Positions 18,623-29,247 of a stretch of 64,000 bases of DNA are shown here, piece by piece; position 1 is the stretch's first letter, and each line of letters starts with the position of its first letter. The notes beneath the pieces were generated by a model. That model was given only the letters and a program-made list of their open reading frames with translations. It had not been told where the DNA came from and did no database searches. A program made the translations under genes and the position numbers. Origin of the DNA: an uncultured Gammaproteobacteria bacterium (GTDB lineage Bacteria > Patescibacteriota > Microgenomatia > CAYQLK01). The stretch covers positions 3,494 through 67,493 of the forward strand of contig CAYOLO010000002.1 in assembly GCA_964404855.1 (NCBI GenBank), written 5' to 3'.

Positions 18623-20246
18623 TGGAATTAATCATAACAAACTTCGGTCGATTGAAGCTATCAAAAATGACCTCACGATTATTGATTCCCCTGAACTCGC
18701 TAGGTGTGCCAATCAACAAATCTGCACTATTCGAATCCGCACATGACAATGTGGGCTTAAATGAAATATTTGAAAATCCATGTACACTCCACAGACCAGA
18801 TGGTTCTGAATTAGCCTTTCGAGTTTTGATGTAATCTTCAGGACTATACTGCCAGTAATATAAAAGATTAGCGTAAGCTCGACCATATTCGTCAGTTACT
18901 AAAATCTTTGGATATTTATCTTTAACTTTTTTTAAACTTTCAGACATTTGCCTGTAACCATCCTGCCAGCTATCTGCAAATTTTTTAGGATAAAAATAAA
19001 TATAATCTGAGTAAAATATTAAAAATTGAAATAATAAAAGAAACAGAAAGGTGGTTAATAAAATTTTTTTTAGCTTGGCCTTTTTTACCTGCTCAAATAG
19101 ATATATCATTCCATACGAGCTAGTAAGAATTAATGCTGGTAACATGTGAAGTGTTCTTAGGGCGTGGGGAGTTTCTCTGGCTACGCTTGCAGCAATCGGA
19201 GAAAGTAAAATCCAAAACAAAATAAAATAAAAAAACTTCCTTTTGTTTTTGAATAGATATATTAATCCTATAAAAATAAGTATTATTTCAATCAAATATA
19301 GTTGCCCCATTTTTTGTGAAGAGAAGCGGGGATTTACATCTCCTGTTAAAAATAAATATTGATGTGAAAAGTGGTCCAAATAGTGATCAAAATAATTTTG
19401 TGCATGAAATACTCGGCGGTTATAAATTATTTTTGAAATTAATGAATTGTTATTTCGAAGTTGTAACGAATTTGATTTGCTGACTGGCTCAGGATCAGAA
19501 AAAATATTAACTTCATTAAACCTTAATTGTCCGGAGTTTGTTAATCCAAATGAGATTAATGGAATAATTAATATTATTCCTAATATCATTGACACGATTA
19601 GATATTTTGCGTAATTTATTGAGATTTTTTTGTTAAATAATTGCCATAATCCAAGAAAAAATATCCAAATTGGGAGAAAATACCGGGTACCATTGAATGC
19701 ATACATTGACCCGACAAAAAATATTACTGATAAAAATATTAACCTTGACTTAATTGTTGATTTAACAAAAAATAATGTACCAGCAGTAGCTAAAGTTGTC
19801 GCAAGGTTAGCTTCAAATGCTGCTCTGGATAATTGTATGCTCCAAGGTGAAATACAAATAAAGAGTGCGGCAAGGAGCGGATATTTTTTGTTTTTTGGAG
19901 TAATCTCTTTGGCTAAAAGATAAATTAATAATATTAATATAGTCCCTGAAATTATTGACGTTAATCTAACTGTTAGATAGTTCAGGCCAAATAATTTAAC
20001 AAGTGGAGCAGTTAGATAGATATATAGCGGTGCTTTATAGTCGCCGTATGCTGTGAATGCTTGAACTGGCAACAAGTTGCCATGTTCGTCTTTTAGTGTT
20101 TCAGCAATTGAATAACTATTGTAACCAATTGATACTTCATCCCAATATAGGGATGGAGGGGAATTAAAAATATTAAAGATTCTTAAAAAAAATCCAAAAA
20201 ATAATATTAAAATTAGGTATTTATTATTACTTATTAATTTTTTCAT
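18606..20246 (-). CDS. GT-C fold membrane glycosyltransferase, ArnT/PMT_2-like (tandem paralog A)
   Basis: LYWDEVSIGYNSYSIAETLKDEHGNLLP...YKAPLYIYL...VRLTSIISG. ~12 TM helices plus a C-terminal soluble domain. Confidence 0.7.
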   Translation of the reverse strand: MKKLISNNKYLILILFFGFFLRIFNIFNSPPSLYWDEVSIGYNSYSIAETLKDEHGNLLPVQAFTAYGDYKAPLYIYLTAPLVKLFGLNYLTVRLTSIISGTILILLIYLLAKEITPKNKKYPLLAALFICISPWSIQLSRAAFEANLATTLATAGTLFFVKSTIKSRLIFLSVIFFVGSMYAFNGTRYFLPIWIFFLGLWQLFNKKISINYAKYLIVSMILGIILIIPLISFGLTNSGQLRFNEVNIFSDPEPVSKSNSLQLRNNNSLISKIIYNRRVFHAQNYFDHYLDHFSHQYLFLTGDVNPRFSSQKMGQLYLIEIILIFIGLIYLFKNKRKFFYFILFWILLSPIAASVARETPHALRTLHMLPALILTSSYGMIYLFEQVKKAKLKKILLTTFLFLLLFQFLIFYSDYIYFYPKKFADSWQDGYRQMSESLKKVKDKYPKILVTDEYGRAYANLLYYWQYSPEDYIKTRKANSEPSGLWSVHGFSNISFKPTLSCADSNSADLLIGTPSEFRGINNREVIFDSFNRPKFVMINSNDCKK

Positions 20247-21924
20247 ATTGAGCTGAGTCTGTTATATCGATAGCTGTATCCTTATTAGGGGATAATATTT
20301 GTTTTATCGGCTCCGCTAAAAATTCGTCTTTTTCTCCAATTAATAATATTTTCTTATCTTTTGTAATGGTTTTGGGGTTAATGTTTATAAAACGATATTT
20401 TCCCAAAGCATTTCCTTCAAAACCTTCATACCCTGCTTTTGTTCCACCTTGGCTTAGATATATTTCTGGGTTCACTTTCAAATATAGTAGCCAATAAATG
20501 TAAGATTGTTCTAATTTATTTGATATCCATATTTCATCGTACTGATTCTCAACCTCATTACTATATTCTACTGCCTCTTTCCTTCCAAACTGCCAGTCCT
20601 GTGATGTTTCAAATTTGTAGTGACTAATGTATTGATGATAATAAAAATAAAAGTTAACCAAAGTAAAAATAATTAATAATCCAAATATTACTCTTTGTAG
20701 TTGATTTTTTTTCTTACTCAGCCAACTAATTCCCAAACCTCCTAGTATTGATAAAGGTATCATTAAAACTGATGCCCTGATCGAATGTGGAGCCTCAAAT
20801 GTCAGTGCTGACGCCATTGGTGAAATAAGTAGAAGTGACAATACAAGAACTTTTTCCTTGTTAAATTTTTTCTTTTTTACTAATACCCATGTGCCTAAAA
20901 TAATAAATGCCGATTGCGACAACAAAACTAAACCAACTCTTGTTGCGTGATGTCTTGGATTATCTTGTGTATAAATTAAAAATTCTGGTGAAAAATGCGA
21001 TAAGTAGTTAGAAAATAAGAGATCTAGCTGGTAAAAACTCCTATTGTGAAATAGTTTTGATGGCAAATTGTTGCCATTTTCAATGTCAAATAATTTTCTG
21101 GCTGGATCAATCTGGTCGATATTTTTTTTAGAAAAAATACTCGTGTCTTCAAAACGGTTTTGTGCTCCTGAAAAAAATATCGAATATGTGAGAGGAGCTA
21201 TTAGGATTAAGCTTAATAAAACGGAAAAAATAATTTGTTTTCTTGCTAAGCTAAAAATTTGTTTCCAGTAAAGAATTACTAGAATTGCAACAATAAGTGG
21301 AATAATTAATTTTGCAGAATGGTACGCATACATCCCAATAGCAAAGAAAACAATCGATATATTAATATTGTTATGTTTTCCATTAACAAATTTATAGAAA
21401 AAATATAATCCAAAGATAATAAAAAATACTAAAATATTTCCCTCAAAAGCCACTCTAGAAAAATGAATGGACCACGGAAGAAGTGCCAAAAATAAAGATG
21501 TATATATTGCAATCTTTCTTTTTTTAAACAATTGAAAAGTTAACAAATATATTCCCAAAACACTAAATAAGCCCAAAATCAAACTAGGCAATCTCACTAC
21601 ATTACCAACCGGTCCAAATATTGCTACGAATGGTACTGTCAAATAAATATATAACGGCGATTTGTAATCATCAAACGATCTAAACACCAGTGGAAGTGTT
21701 TCTCCGTACTCATCCTTGCCTGTTTCCAGTAGAGACCATGCATTGTAAGTAATTGATACTTCGTCCCAATTTAACGAAGTTGCTGACTTTTCAAAAGCGT
21801 AAGTCCGTACAAAAACAGCAATAAATAAAACACTTAAGATTAAGATATGTTTTTTACATTTACCCAGCATTTCCAAAATTATTGATGATTTCTTTGTCCG
21901 ATAGTTTGTAGTATTTTGTTTCAT
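20227..21924 (-). CDS. GT-C fold membrane glycosyltransferase, ArnT/PMT_2-like (tandem paralog B)
   Basis: LNWDEVSITYNAWSLLETGKDEYGETLP...YKSPLYIYL...VRLPSLILG is clearly paralogous to 18606..20246. The true start is possibly the internal MLGKCKK (~21870). Confidence 0.7.
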   Translation of the reverse strand: MKQNTTNYRTKKSSIILEMLGKCKKHILILSVLFIAVFVRTYAFEKSATSLNWDEVSITYNAWSLLETGKDEYGETLPLVFRSFDDYKSPLYIYLTVPFVAIFGPVGNVVRLPSLILGLFSVLGIYLLTFQLFKKRKIAIYTSLFLALLPWSIHFSRVAFEGNILVFFIIFGLYFFYKFVNGKHNNINISIVFFAIGMYAYHSAKLIIPLIVAILVILYWKQIFSLARKQIIFSVLLSLILIAPLTYSIFFSGAQNRFEDTSIFSKKNIDQIDPARKLFDIENGNNLPSKLFHNRSFYQLDLLFSNYLSHFSPEFLIYTQDNPRHHATRVGLVLLSQSAFIILGTWVLVKKKKFNKEKVLVLSLLLISPMASALTFEAPHSIRASVLMIPLSILGGLGISWLSKKKNQLQRVIFGLLIIFTLVNFYFYYHQYISHYKFETSQDWQFGRKEAVEYSNEVENQYDEIWISNKLEQSYIYWLLYLKVNPEIYLSQGGTKAGYEGFEGNALGKYRFININPKTITKDKKILLIGEKDEFLAEPIKQILSPNKDTAIDITDSAQYEKINK

Positions 21925-22783
21925 TATTTCGACTTGTGATAATTTTAGGATACTTTAATAAAAACCACATAATTGAACTTAACATGTTTGTGTCCATTTT
22001 AATGAGTGATTTAATTGTTAACTGAATCAAAGTAATATAAAAACTTAACAATATTTTTTTATCAGTAATATTTTTAGCAGAAAAAATTAACATATTTCTA
22101 GCGGCTATTTTTGTAATTCTGTCGGCGGAATGGTGTTTTCTAATTGAACCAATTTCGTGAAAATGATCAACCACAATCTCAGGTGCAAATAAAATTTCCC
22201 ATCCAGACTTAATTGCCCGGTAAGATAAGTCAATGTCCTCCCAATAAAATGGATTATATATTTCATTAAATCCACCAAGCTTTTTAAATTTTTCTAAACT
22301 AACTGCGCAACTACCTCCTGAAATCCAAAGCGTCCTACCAAATTCATTCTTTCCTTTTGCGTGATTAAGTAGACCTTTTTTAAAGATACCGACTCCTCTA
22401 CCCCTTAACACAATGTTTTTGTCTTCAAAACTTCGATCCTGAAAACCAATACCAAAAAGATTCTCGTTTTCAAAATAACTTTCAATTTGCCTTGTGTAAT
22501 CTTTGTTTACAGCTACATCTGTGTTAAGCAAAACAACGATTGGAGTTTTTGCTTTTTTTACCCCACTATTAACATTTGATGAAAAGCCTTTATTTATTTT
22601 ATTTGTTATTATTTCAACATTTGGAAAATTATTAGCCAAAAAACTTAAACTATCATCGCTTGAGTTATCGTCAGATATTATTATTTGTGAATCTGGAAAA
22701 TTTTTGATTATGTTTGGAAGATTACGTCTAAGCAATTTCGAACCGTTGTAGTTAGGTATAACGACTGTAATTTTTTTACTCAT
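21860..22783 (-). CDS. Glycosyltransferase family 2
   Basis: ITVVIPNYNGSKLL...IIISDDNSSDDS...LNTD. Confidence 0.8.
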   Translation of the reverse strand: MSKKITVVIPNYNGSKLLRRNLPNIIKNFPDSQIIISDDNSSDDSLSFLANNFPNVEIITNKINKGFSSNVNSGVKKAKTPIVVLLNTDVAVNKDYTRQIESYFENENLFGIGFQDRSFEDKNIVLRGRGVGIFKKGLLNHAKGKNEFGRTLWISGGSCAVSLEKFKKLGGFNEIYNPFYWEDIDLSYRAIKSGWEILFAPEIVVDHFHEIGSIRKHHSADRITKIAARNMLIFSAKNITDKKILLSFYITLIQLTIKSLIKMDTNMLSSIMWFLLKYPKIITSRNNETKYYKLSDKEIINNFGNAG

Positions 22784-25079
22784 TTTTTTTAATTTTAAAA
22801 ATAAACAAAGACATTAGTATTATAGATGTCAAAGAGACTAGCGCACCAACCCTAAATGAGTTGGGCTTGTATTCAAAAATAATTTCATTTTCTCCCGATG
22901 GAACGTAAATGCCGCGAAAAGTATGATTGGTTCTATATATTTTCGTGTCGATATTATTTACTTTGGCTTTCCAGCCAGGAAAATAATTATCTAGCAAAAC
23001 TAAGAATGAGTTGTTCGTGGTTTTGGTTTTTATTTTGACAGTATTAGATTCATAACTAGTAATATTGACAATACTCTCTGCATTTGTAGTTTGAGGAATA
23101 TTGTCACTCGTACCACCCATAACAACGGCTTGCGATCTGGGATCGAAATCTTTATCGAGCAAAGATTGTTTGCTTTCAATATCAGAATTAACATTAATAA
23201 TATTCTGAACAAAATAGGCACGCTCAAGATACTTTTGGTTAATGAATACGTTTGTAACTCCTTCACTAAAAATTGGTTTTGTATTATTTAATTCATTATC
23301 AAAGCTCAAAATATATTTTGCGTTAATTAAGGGATATAAATTTGAATTAATATTCTTAGGTCTGACAATACGGTTAAACTTTACTTGTTCAAGATTAGAA
23401 GATTCAATTAGTCCAATAAGTTCAGCATATGTTTTGGGATACAACGGATCGTAACCTTCAGGTGATTGAATTCCATACACGGCTGAAATGTTGGGTGGAA
23501 AAATTCGATCATCATTAGTTGAAACACGAAAAACAGAATTGTCGTGATTAATAAATTCGGTTATTTTGGTTGTGGGATAAAACAAAGGCTTGGTCGAATA
23601 GGGTAAAAACTTATTTGCATAAAATGCCAATTCTGCTAGAGAAATAATTGTAAGGCATATAAGACATAATTTAAGAGGAATAAGTTTTAATCGTGACAAA
23701 GATACAAACATTAATACGAGTAAAAATACAAACAAAGGAAAAATAAGATTTCGTTTTGCTGTTATTTGGTTTTTTAGGAAATCTTCAGGTAAGAAAATAT
23801 TGAAATTAAAATATGTTAAATAAATTAAAAGTCCAAATACTAAAGTCAATATTATAAAAACTGAAATCAACTTAAATTTAGTAATTTTAAGCTTATACAT
23901 TTCATCCACACCAAAAGCAGCTAGACAGCATAAAGCAAAAATTACGATAAATATTAAACGACTGGGTTGAGCAGAAGAAATAAATGGAATTTGATTTGCA
24001 TAAATTATCTGTGAAAGTAAATTGTTTGTTGAAAAAACTAAGGCAATAATTAAAAGAATTAAAAAGAAAATATTAATTTTTCTTTTTTTAATTCCTAGTA
24101 ATGAAAAAAATAATGCCGCTACAGAAAAGCTTAAATTAAATTCTAAATGATTCCATACGCCCCAATAATTTTGCCTTGCAGGAGAACCAAAAAAGTCTGG
24201 AGATATTAAAGAAATAAAATGTTTCAATGGAATAAACCAATCCTCCTGACCAAAATAGGATATGTCGACAGACCTGAATGAATTTTTTATTAATTCTAAA
24301 GTTGGAAAAATCTGAATCGAAACCGTAAGAATCGATAAAATTAAAATAATTAAAAGTTGAGGTACTCTGCTTATTAATCTACTGTTAAAAAAAATAACTA
24401 TGACAAAAAATACGATAACTAGATATGCATAAAAAGTAAATTGTAAATGTCCTGATATTGGAATTAATATTAGACTAGCGTAAAATAAAAATATATTTTT
24501 TCGGCTAAAACTTTGTTCTAAGCCTAAGACGAAATACAGAGCTAGTGGTAAAAAAGCAAAAATAAAGACAATATTTCCCCATTCTAGCCACCCGATTGAA
24601 AAACCTGACAAGGCATAGCAAACACTTGAAAAGGTAGCACTAATTTTTGAAACTGAAAGTTTTCTAAGAAAAAGAAACATTGAAAAAAAAGTGATTGGAA
24701 TCTGAATAAAAATAAATAAATGCCACGAGTCTAACCCTGAAGATAAAAGCATTATGTTCAAAGGAAAAAAGACACCAGACTGAAAATTTGCCAGTAGTGG
24801 ATAACCAGAAAAAGAATAAGGATTCCAGAGTGGAAGGCTAAAATTTTTGATTGCCTCGACAGTTAGATACTTCCATGGAAATATTTGCAAAAACGGGTCA
24901 GTAATTAGAGCATTTTTGAACGGATATCCAGCAGGGTAAATATTTAAAAATAAATCTCTAAAAGGATGGTATAGTCCGACCAAGTTATCACCAGGGAAAA
25001 GTTTTTTTGGCCACAAAATAATTAGGGTAGATAAAAAAATAATTACCGAAAATATTTTAAGAAAATATTTTTTCAACAT
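22776..25079 (-). CDS. YfhO-family polytopic membrane protein (GT-C, extracytoplasmic glycosyltransferase)
   Basis: 767 aa. N-terminal WNPYSFSGYPLLANFQSGVFFP. Many TM helices. C-terminal beta-rich domain with DNYFPGWKAKVNNIDTKIYRTNHTFRGIYVPSGENEIIFEYKP, as in YfhO (Y..GWkA.VdG...I...n..f.gv.v.aG.h.i...Y.P). Confidence 0.55.
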   Translation of the reverse strand: MLKKYFLKIFSVIIFLSTLIILWPKKLFPGDNLVGLYHPFRDLFLNIYPAGYPFKNALITDPFLQIFPWKYLTVEAIKNFSLPLWNPYSFSGYPLLANFQSGVFFPLNIMLLSSGLDSWHLFIFIQIPITFFSMFLFLRKLSVSKISATFSSVCYALSGFSIGWLEWGNIVFIFAFLPLALYFVLGLEQSFSRKNIFLFYASLILIPISGHLQFTFYAYLVIVFFVIVIFFNSRLISRVPQLLIILILSILTVSIQIFPTLELIKNSFRSVDISYFGQEDWFIPLKHFISLISPDFFGSPARQNYWGVWNHLEFNLSFSVAALFFSLLGIKKRKINIFFLILLIIALVFSTNNLLSQIIYANQIPFISSAQPSRLIFIVIFALCCLAAFGVDEMYKLKITKFKLISVFIILTLVFGLLIYLTYFNFNIFLPEDFLKNQITAKRNLIFPLFVFLLVLMFVSLSRLKLIPLKLCLICLTIISLAELAFYANKFLPYSTKPLFYPTTKITEFINHDNSVFRVSTNDDRIFPPNISAVYGIQSPEGYDPLYPKTYAELIGLIESSNLEQVKFNRIVRPKNINSNLYPLINAKYILSFDNELNNTKPIFSEGVTNVFINQKYLERAYFVQNIINVNSDIESKQSLLDKDFDPRSQAVVMGGTSDNIPQTTNAESIVNITSYESNTVKIKTKTTNNSFLVLLDNYFPGWKAKVNNIDTKIYRTNHTFRGIYVPSGENEIIFEYKPNSFRVGALVSLTSIILMSLFIFKIKKNE

Positions 25080-26100
25080 TTTTATTAAATTCTGATACTG
25101 AATATTTTTTTGCAGTAGTTTGTGCTGATTTCGACATTTGTGAAAATAGTTTGGGGTTACTAATTAATTCTAAAGTTTTTATTGCTAACATTTCAGCCGT
25201 AGTAAAAAATAATCCATTATTTTTTTCTAAAATATACTCTTTTGGTCCACCACCATCATAGACAATTGGTACTGATCCTGAGGAAGAGGCTTCAAGTATG
25301 GAAATACCAAAATGTTCAAAATATTCTGGATCAGACTCTTTACACTCAAATCCTGTTGCGTGCCAATAAACTTTTGACTCAGAAATAAGCTTCGATAGTT
25401 CCGTAAAACTTAGATTAGGAAAAAACTTTATTTTATAACCCTTTGCTTTGGACTTAAGTTGATCCAAATGCATCAAGTCTATATCTGAGATTCCTCCGAT
25501 TAAATACAAACTAAAATGTTTATTTTTTTTGCTTAGAATTTTGAATGCCTCAATTAATATATCCTGTCTTTTACTATTGAGTACGGCATCAAATCGGCCA
25601 ATAGAAATAATAATATTTTTTTTGTTTGATTTTTTAAAAAGAGTAACTGGAGGATAGAGAACTTCAGAATTTACTGAATATGTATTGTCAATTACTTTTT
25701 TTGTGAACTTAGAGTTAACAATCACGGAGTCAAACAATTTAAGCTTAATTTTATCTATTATTGTTGGTTTTATCTTACTGAATGGAACTTGAAAATGAAT
25801 ATAATTTTTTGAGGACATTGGTATTGGAATAGATCCATCAGACAAGTGAAGATAGTGGTCGTATTTTCTTAAAAATTGATACTTTGCCAACAAACCAAGA
25901 GAGTTGAGATTTATTTTGACCAAACTAAGTCCTTCTAGTGGTAGATTAAACCTTTTTTTAATATCTAATAAATTTATATCCTTATCAAATAGAATATCAA
26001 CTGAGTGTCCATTTTTTAGATAATTACTGCAGATCGCTAATATATATTTTTCCCCACCACCCAAGGTGTCAAGATATGGATCATATACTGCGACTCTCAT
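25057..26100 (-). CDS. Glycosyltransferase family 4
   Basis: EHFGISILEASSSGSVPIVYDGGGPKE motif. Confidence 0.75.
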   Translation of the reverse strand: MRVAVYDPYLDTLGGGEKYILAICSNYLKNGHSVDILFDKDINLLDIKKRFNLPLEGLSLVKINLNSLGLLAKYQFLRKYDHYLHLSDGSIPIPMSSKNYIHFQVPFSKIKPTIIDKIKLKLFDSVIVNSKFTKKVIDNTYSVNSEVLYPPVTLFKKSNKKNIIISIGRFDAVLNSKRQDILIEAFKILSKKNKHFSLYLIGGISDIDLMHLDQLKSKAKGYKIKFFPNLSFTELSKLISESKVYWHATGFECKESDPEYFEHFGISILEASSSGSVPIVYDGGGPKEYILEKNNGLFFTTAEMLAIKTLELISNPKLFSQMSKSAQTTAKKYSVSEFNKNVEKIFS

Positions 26101-26906
26101 TTGCTTGACTCTTTTTCCAACTGATCTTCAATTAAATCGTATCGCTCCTTAATACTTGGAGTCTGTTGTCGCTCCCAGAGTTTAAAATAAGTAATCATTA
26201 CGCTAAACACTTGCATAAACGACTCAATTACACCTCTTATGCCATTTTTATAGTTTTCATCACTGATATATTTTTTAAAAAATTGTGTAAGAAACAGCTT
26301 AAATAACCTTACCGACGTAATCTTAGGATGGTTAATATTGAAGAGGTTCTCAGCCTCGATTTCTGACCAAGAATTTGTTTTTTCTATCATTGCCGCAACA
26401 CTTCTATGTGTTAAGTGAACGATGTTTGATTTTAGATTTGACTCCTTTCCTTCAAAATTAACCCCTTCATGTATATGTCCTGTCCAGCCTTTAAATTTTT
26501 TAAGCCTAAATAGTCTGGGTTGGGCGTCTGGATACCAAGTTTTGCTATCCAACTCTTTGCCTAATATATAATTTTTTCTATTAACCCAATAAGCAGAACT
26601 TGGATTTTTCGAGGTGATAACTGATTTTATTTCCTCAGCAAGCTTTTTTGTAATCCTCTCATCCGCGTCTAAATAAAATATCCATTCTGTCTTTAGCTCA
26701 TTTAATATGGCGTTTCGCTTTTGTGAAAAATTTAAATTTTTCTCTAATTTGATTACTTGAGCGCCAAGACTACTGGAAATTTTTGTTGTAGAATCGGTAG
26801 ATGAATCGTCTAAAAGGACAATATCATTAGTTAGTAATTTAAGGCTTTTAATAGCATTACCTATTAATTCTTCTTCATTTTTGGCAATAATTACTGCAGT
26901 TATCAT
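26097..26906 (-). CDS. Glycosyltransferase family 2 (WaaE/KdtX-like subfamily)
   Basis: ITAVIIAKNEEELI...LDDSSTDST...YLDADER. Paralog of 17804..18622. Confidence 0.8.
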   Translation of the reverse strand: MITAVIIAKNEEELIGNAIKSLKLLTNDIVLLDDSSTDSTTKISSSLGAQVIKLEKNLNFSQKRNAILNELKTEWIFYLDADERITKKLAEEIKSVITSKNPSSAYWVNRKNYILGKELDSKTWYPDAQPRLFRLKKFKGWTGHIHEGVNFEGKESNLKSNIVHLTHRSVAAMIEKTNSWSEIEAENLFNINHPKITSVRLFKLFLTQFFKKYISDENYKNGIRGVIESFMQVFSVMITYFKLWERQQTPSIKERYDLIEDQLEKESSK

Positions 26907-27778
26907 ATTTTTTTAAATATACTCCCTGTATACATTTTAAACATTAAAAAATCTTGAACGGCAATTTTTTGTGCCTTACGGCCGTTAATTAAAAAAACTA
27001 AGGATTGCCGAAAAACAGCAATTTTTGTTCTAATTGGTGAGTAAATAAGGGCAAAATACATTCGATTGCGCGTAATATAGTAATCTTGAATTGGAGAACC
27101 TACACTTGATGATTTGGCGTTATGATGAAACATGCTCGAAATAGGAATATATTTAATTTTGAACCCATTTTTTTTGGCTCTTAAACTAAAATCTAAATCT
27201 TCTAAATATAAAAAGTATTTTTCGTTCATAAAGCCAACCTTTTCAAAAACTTTTCTGCTTATTAATTCTCCGCAACCTGTTGAGTAATCAATTTCTTTAA
27301 TTTGATCGTATTGTCCACGATCCTCTTCATCAACTCCGATGTGCGTGCCATAACAATTATCCCAATCTATCTTTCCTCCTGCGTACCAGATAACTTTTGG
27401 ATTATCGGTAAAATATATTTTTGGCGACAGAATGTCAGCTTCCCCTCTATTTTTGAATAAATTAAGGATCGTATCTTTTTTTATAAGAGTATCGGGGTTT
27501 AATATAAAAAAATAGTCTGAATCAGATTCCAGTCCTTTTTTAATTGCTATATTAATTCCGCCGGCAAACCCAGTATTATTTTTGTTTGTAATTATTTTGG
27601 CTTTTACGTAATTTTTTGAGATTAAACTAACAGTATCGTCTTTTGAGGCATTGTCTGAAATAATTACTTCAAGGCTAAAACCTTCTAGTTTAGATTGATA
27701 GACGGATTTTAGACAGTCTAATATGTAATCCATACTATTGTAAGTTACTATCAATACAGAAATTTTTGAGTTGTTCAT
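26903..27778 (-). CDS. Glycosyltransferase family 2 (rhamnosyltransferase-like)
   Basis: ISVLIVTYNSMDYILDCL...IISDNASKDDT...LNPDT. Confidence 0.8.
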   Translation of the reverse strand: MNNSKISVLIVTYNSMDYILDCLKSVYQSKLEGFSLEVIISDNASKDDTVSLISKNYVKAKIITNKNNTGFAGGINIAIKKGLESDSDYFFILNPDTLIKKDTILNLFKNRGEADILSPKIYFTDNPKVIWYAGGKIDWDNCYGTHIGVDEEDRGQYDQIKEIDYSTGCGELISRKVFEKVGFMNEKYFLYLEDLDFSLRAKKNGFKIKYIPISSMFHHNAKSSSVGSPIQDYYITRNRMYFALIYSPIRTKIAVFRQSLVFLINGRKAQKIAVQDFLMFKMYTGSIFKKI

Positions 27779-29247
27779 TTTATTGATGATCTAAATATTG
27801 TAATATTTTTTATTAATCTATCTTTTGCTGTTAAAAAGCTAGTTATTAAATAAACAACGATTCCACAAGATAATATTCCAAAAACGGTAAATATATTGCT
27901 TGGTTCAACGGTTGCGAATAAAAATTTTAAAACTAATATTAAAACAAGTGTGGAAACTATTGGAGAAAATAATACTTTTACAGCGTTAATTTTTAGTTCT
28001 TTGTATCCGATATAGAATGCAAGCAAACTCGACGCTGTAACGATTAACCACGCTATAGCAACCCCGAGGCTCTCAAATTTTGATGCTAATGGAATGCTTA
28101 GTATCCAAGTAAGACTTGTCCATAATAGCATTAGTTTTAAGGTGGTTTTTATTTTACCGACCGCATTAAGTGCGTTTGTAATTATGATTGTTACAGAGCT
28201 AACATACGATCCAAGTATGTAAATTTGAAGTAGGCTATAAGCAGGCAACCATTTTTCATAATTTGGAATAATCCCGATTAAACTACTTGAAGACATTAAT
28301 AATGATGTAAGAATTGGGAAGGTAAGCAAAGCTGAAATAAAGATTGCTTCTTCAATCGCACGACTTAATGCTTGTTTGTCTGATTGAAGCCTTGAAAAGG
28401 CAGGAAAGGTTACTTTTATAACATTATCCATAATTACTCTTAAAGGAAGATATGCCCATTTTTGTGCCCAACCTAAATATCCAATTTGAGTAACATTTAG
28501 TAATTTTCCTAATATTATTGTCATAAAATCGTCCTTAATTAATGCCAAAATACTGTTTAATTGAAACAATACACCGAAGTTAATCAATTTTTTTGCTGAT
28601 TGTTTATCAATGCCAAGACTAGGCTTCCAAGGAGAAACAAAATACATGGTAATTACACCAAAAATTGACCTTAATATCACTGCATATGTAAAGCTATTTA
28701 GTCCGTGCCCTTGCCATGCAAGATATAGAACCGAAATTGAAAAGATTAAATTTTCGACGATTTGAGGGATAATAAATTTTTCAAAGGCTAATTTACGTTC
28801 AAGTAATATTGAAGGAATCGTTTTTAAGGATGATAGAAACAGTGAAATTATTAAGACTCGAAGCAACCAAACGCCCTTTTGATCAAGATTAAAAATACTA
28901 CCTGCCCAAATAGAAAATATTAAACCACTTATTACTAATATTCCAACTAAAGACTGTTGAATTGTAAATGTTGTTACTAAATCCTTTCTTGAGACAGCCT
29001 CCTTTTTTTGTATTAAGGCGGCAGCTAGTCCAATATCTGAAAGATATGTTAAAAAGCCGGTAATTGCCGATACTAAAATAAAAATTCCATATTCCTTGGG
29101 TGCCAGTAGAATCGTTAAACCTAAATTAGATATAAAACTAATAACTTGAATGAAGATTGTCCGTCCAACCAAAGAAAAAACACCCTTAATCGAGCGTTTT
29201 TTAACTGCAGCTATATCTAGCTCAATTGATGAATCTAGGTCTGACAT
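27775..29247 (-). CDS. Oligo/polysaccharide flippase, MOP/PST family (Wzx-like)
   Basis: 490 aa with ~14 TM helices. N-terminal KKRSIKGVFSLVGRTIFIQVISFISNLGLTILLAPKEYGIFILVSAI is typical of PF01943. Confidence 0.75.
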   Translation of the reverse strand: MSDLDSSIELDIAAVKKRSIKGVFSLVGRTIFIQVISFISNLGLTILLAPKEYGIFILVSAITGFLTYLSDIGLAAALIQKKEAVSRKDLVTTFTIQQSLVGILVISGLIFSIWAGSIFNLDQKGVWLLRVLIISLFLSSLKTIPSILLERKLAFEKFIIPQIVENLIFSISVLYLAWQGHGLNSFTYAVILRSIFGVITMYFVSPWKPSLGIDKQSAKKLINFGVLFQLNSILALIKDDFMTIILGKLLNVTQIGYLGWAQKWAYLPLRVIMDNVIKVTFPAFSRLQSDKQALSRAIEEAIFISALLTFPILTSLLMSSSSLIGIIPNYEKWLPAYSLLQIYILGSYVSSVTIIITNALNAVGKIKTTLKLMLLWTSLTWILSIPLASKFESLGVAIAWLIVTASSLLAFYIGYKELKINAVKVLFSPIVSTLVLILVLKFLFATVEPSNIFTVFGILSCGIVVYLITSFLTAKDRLIKNITIFRSSIK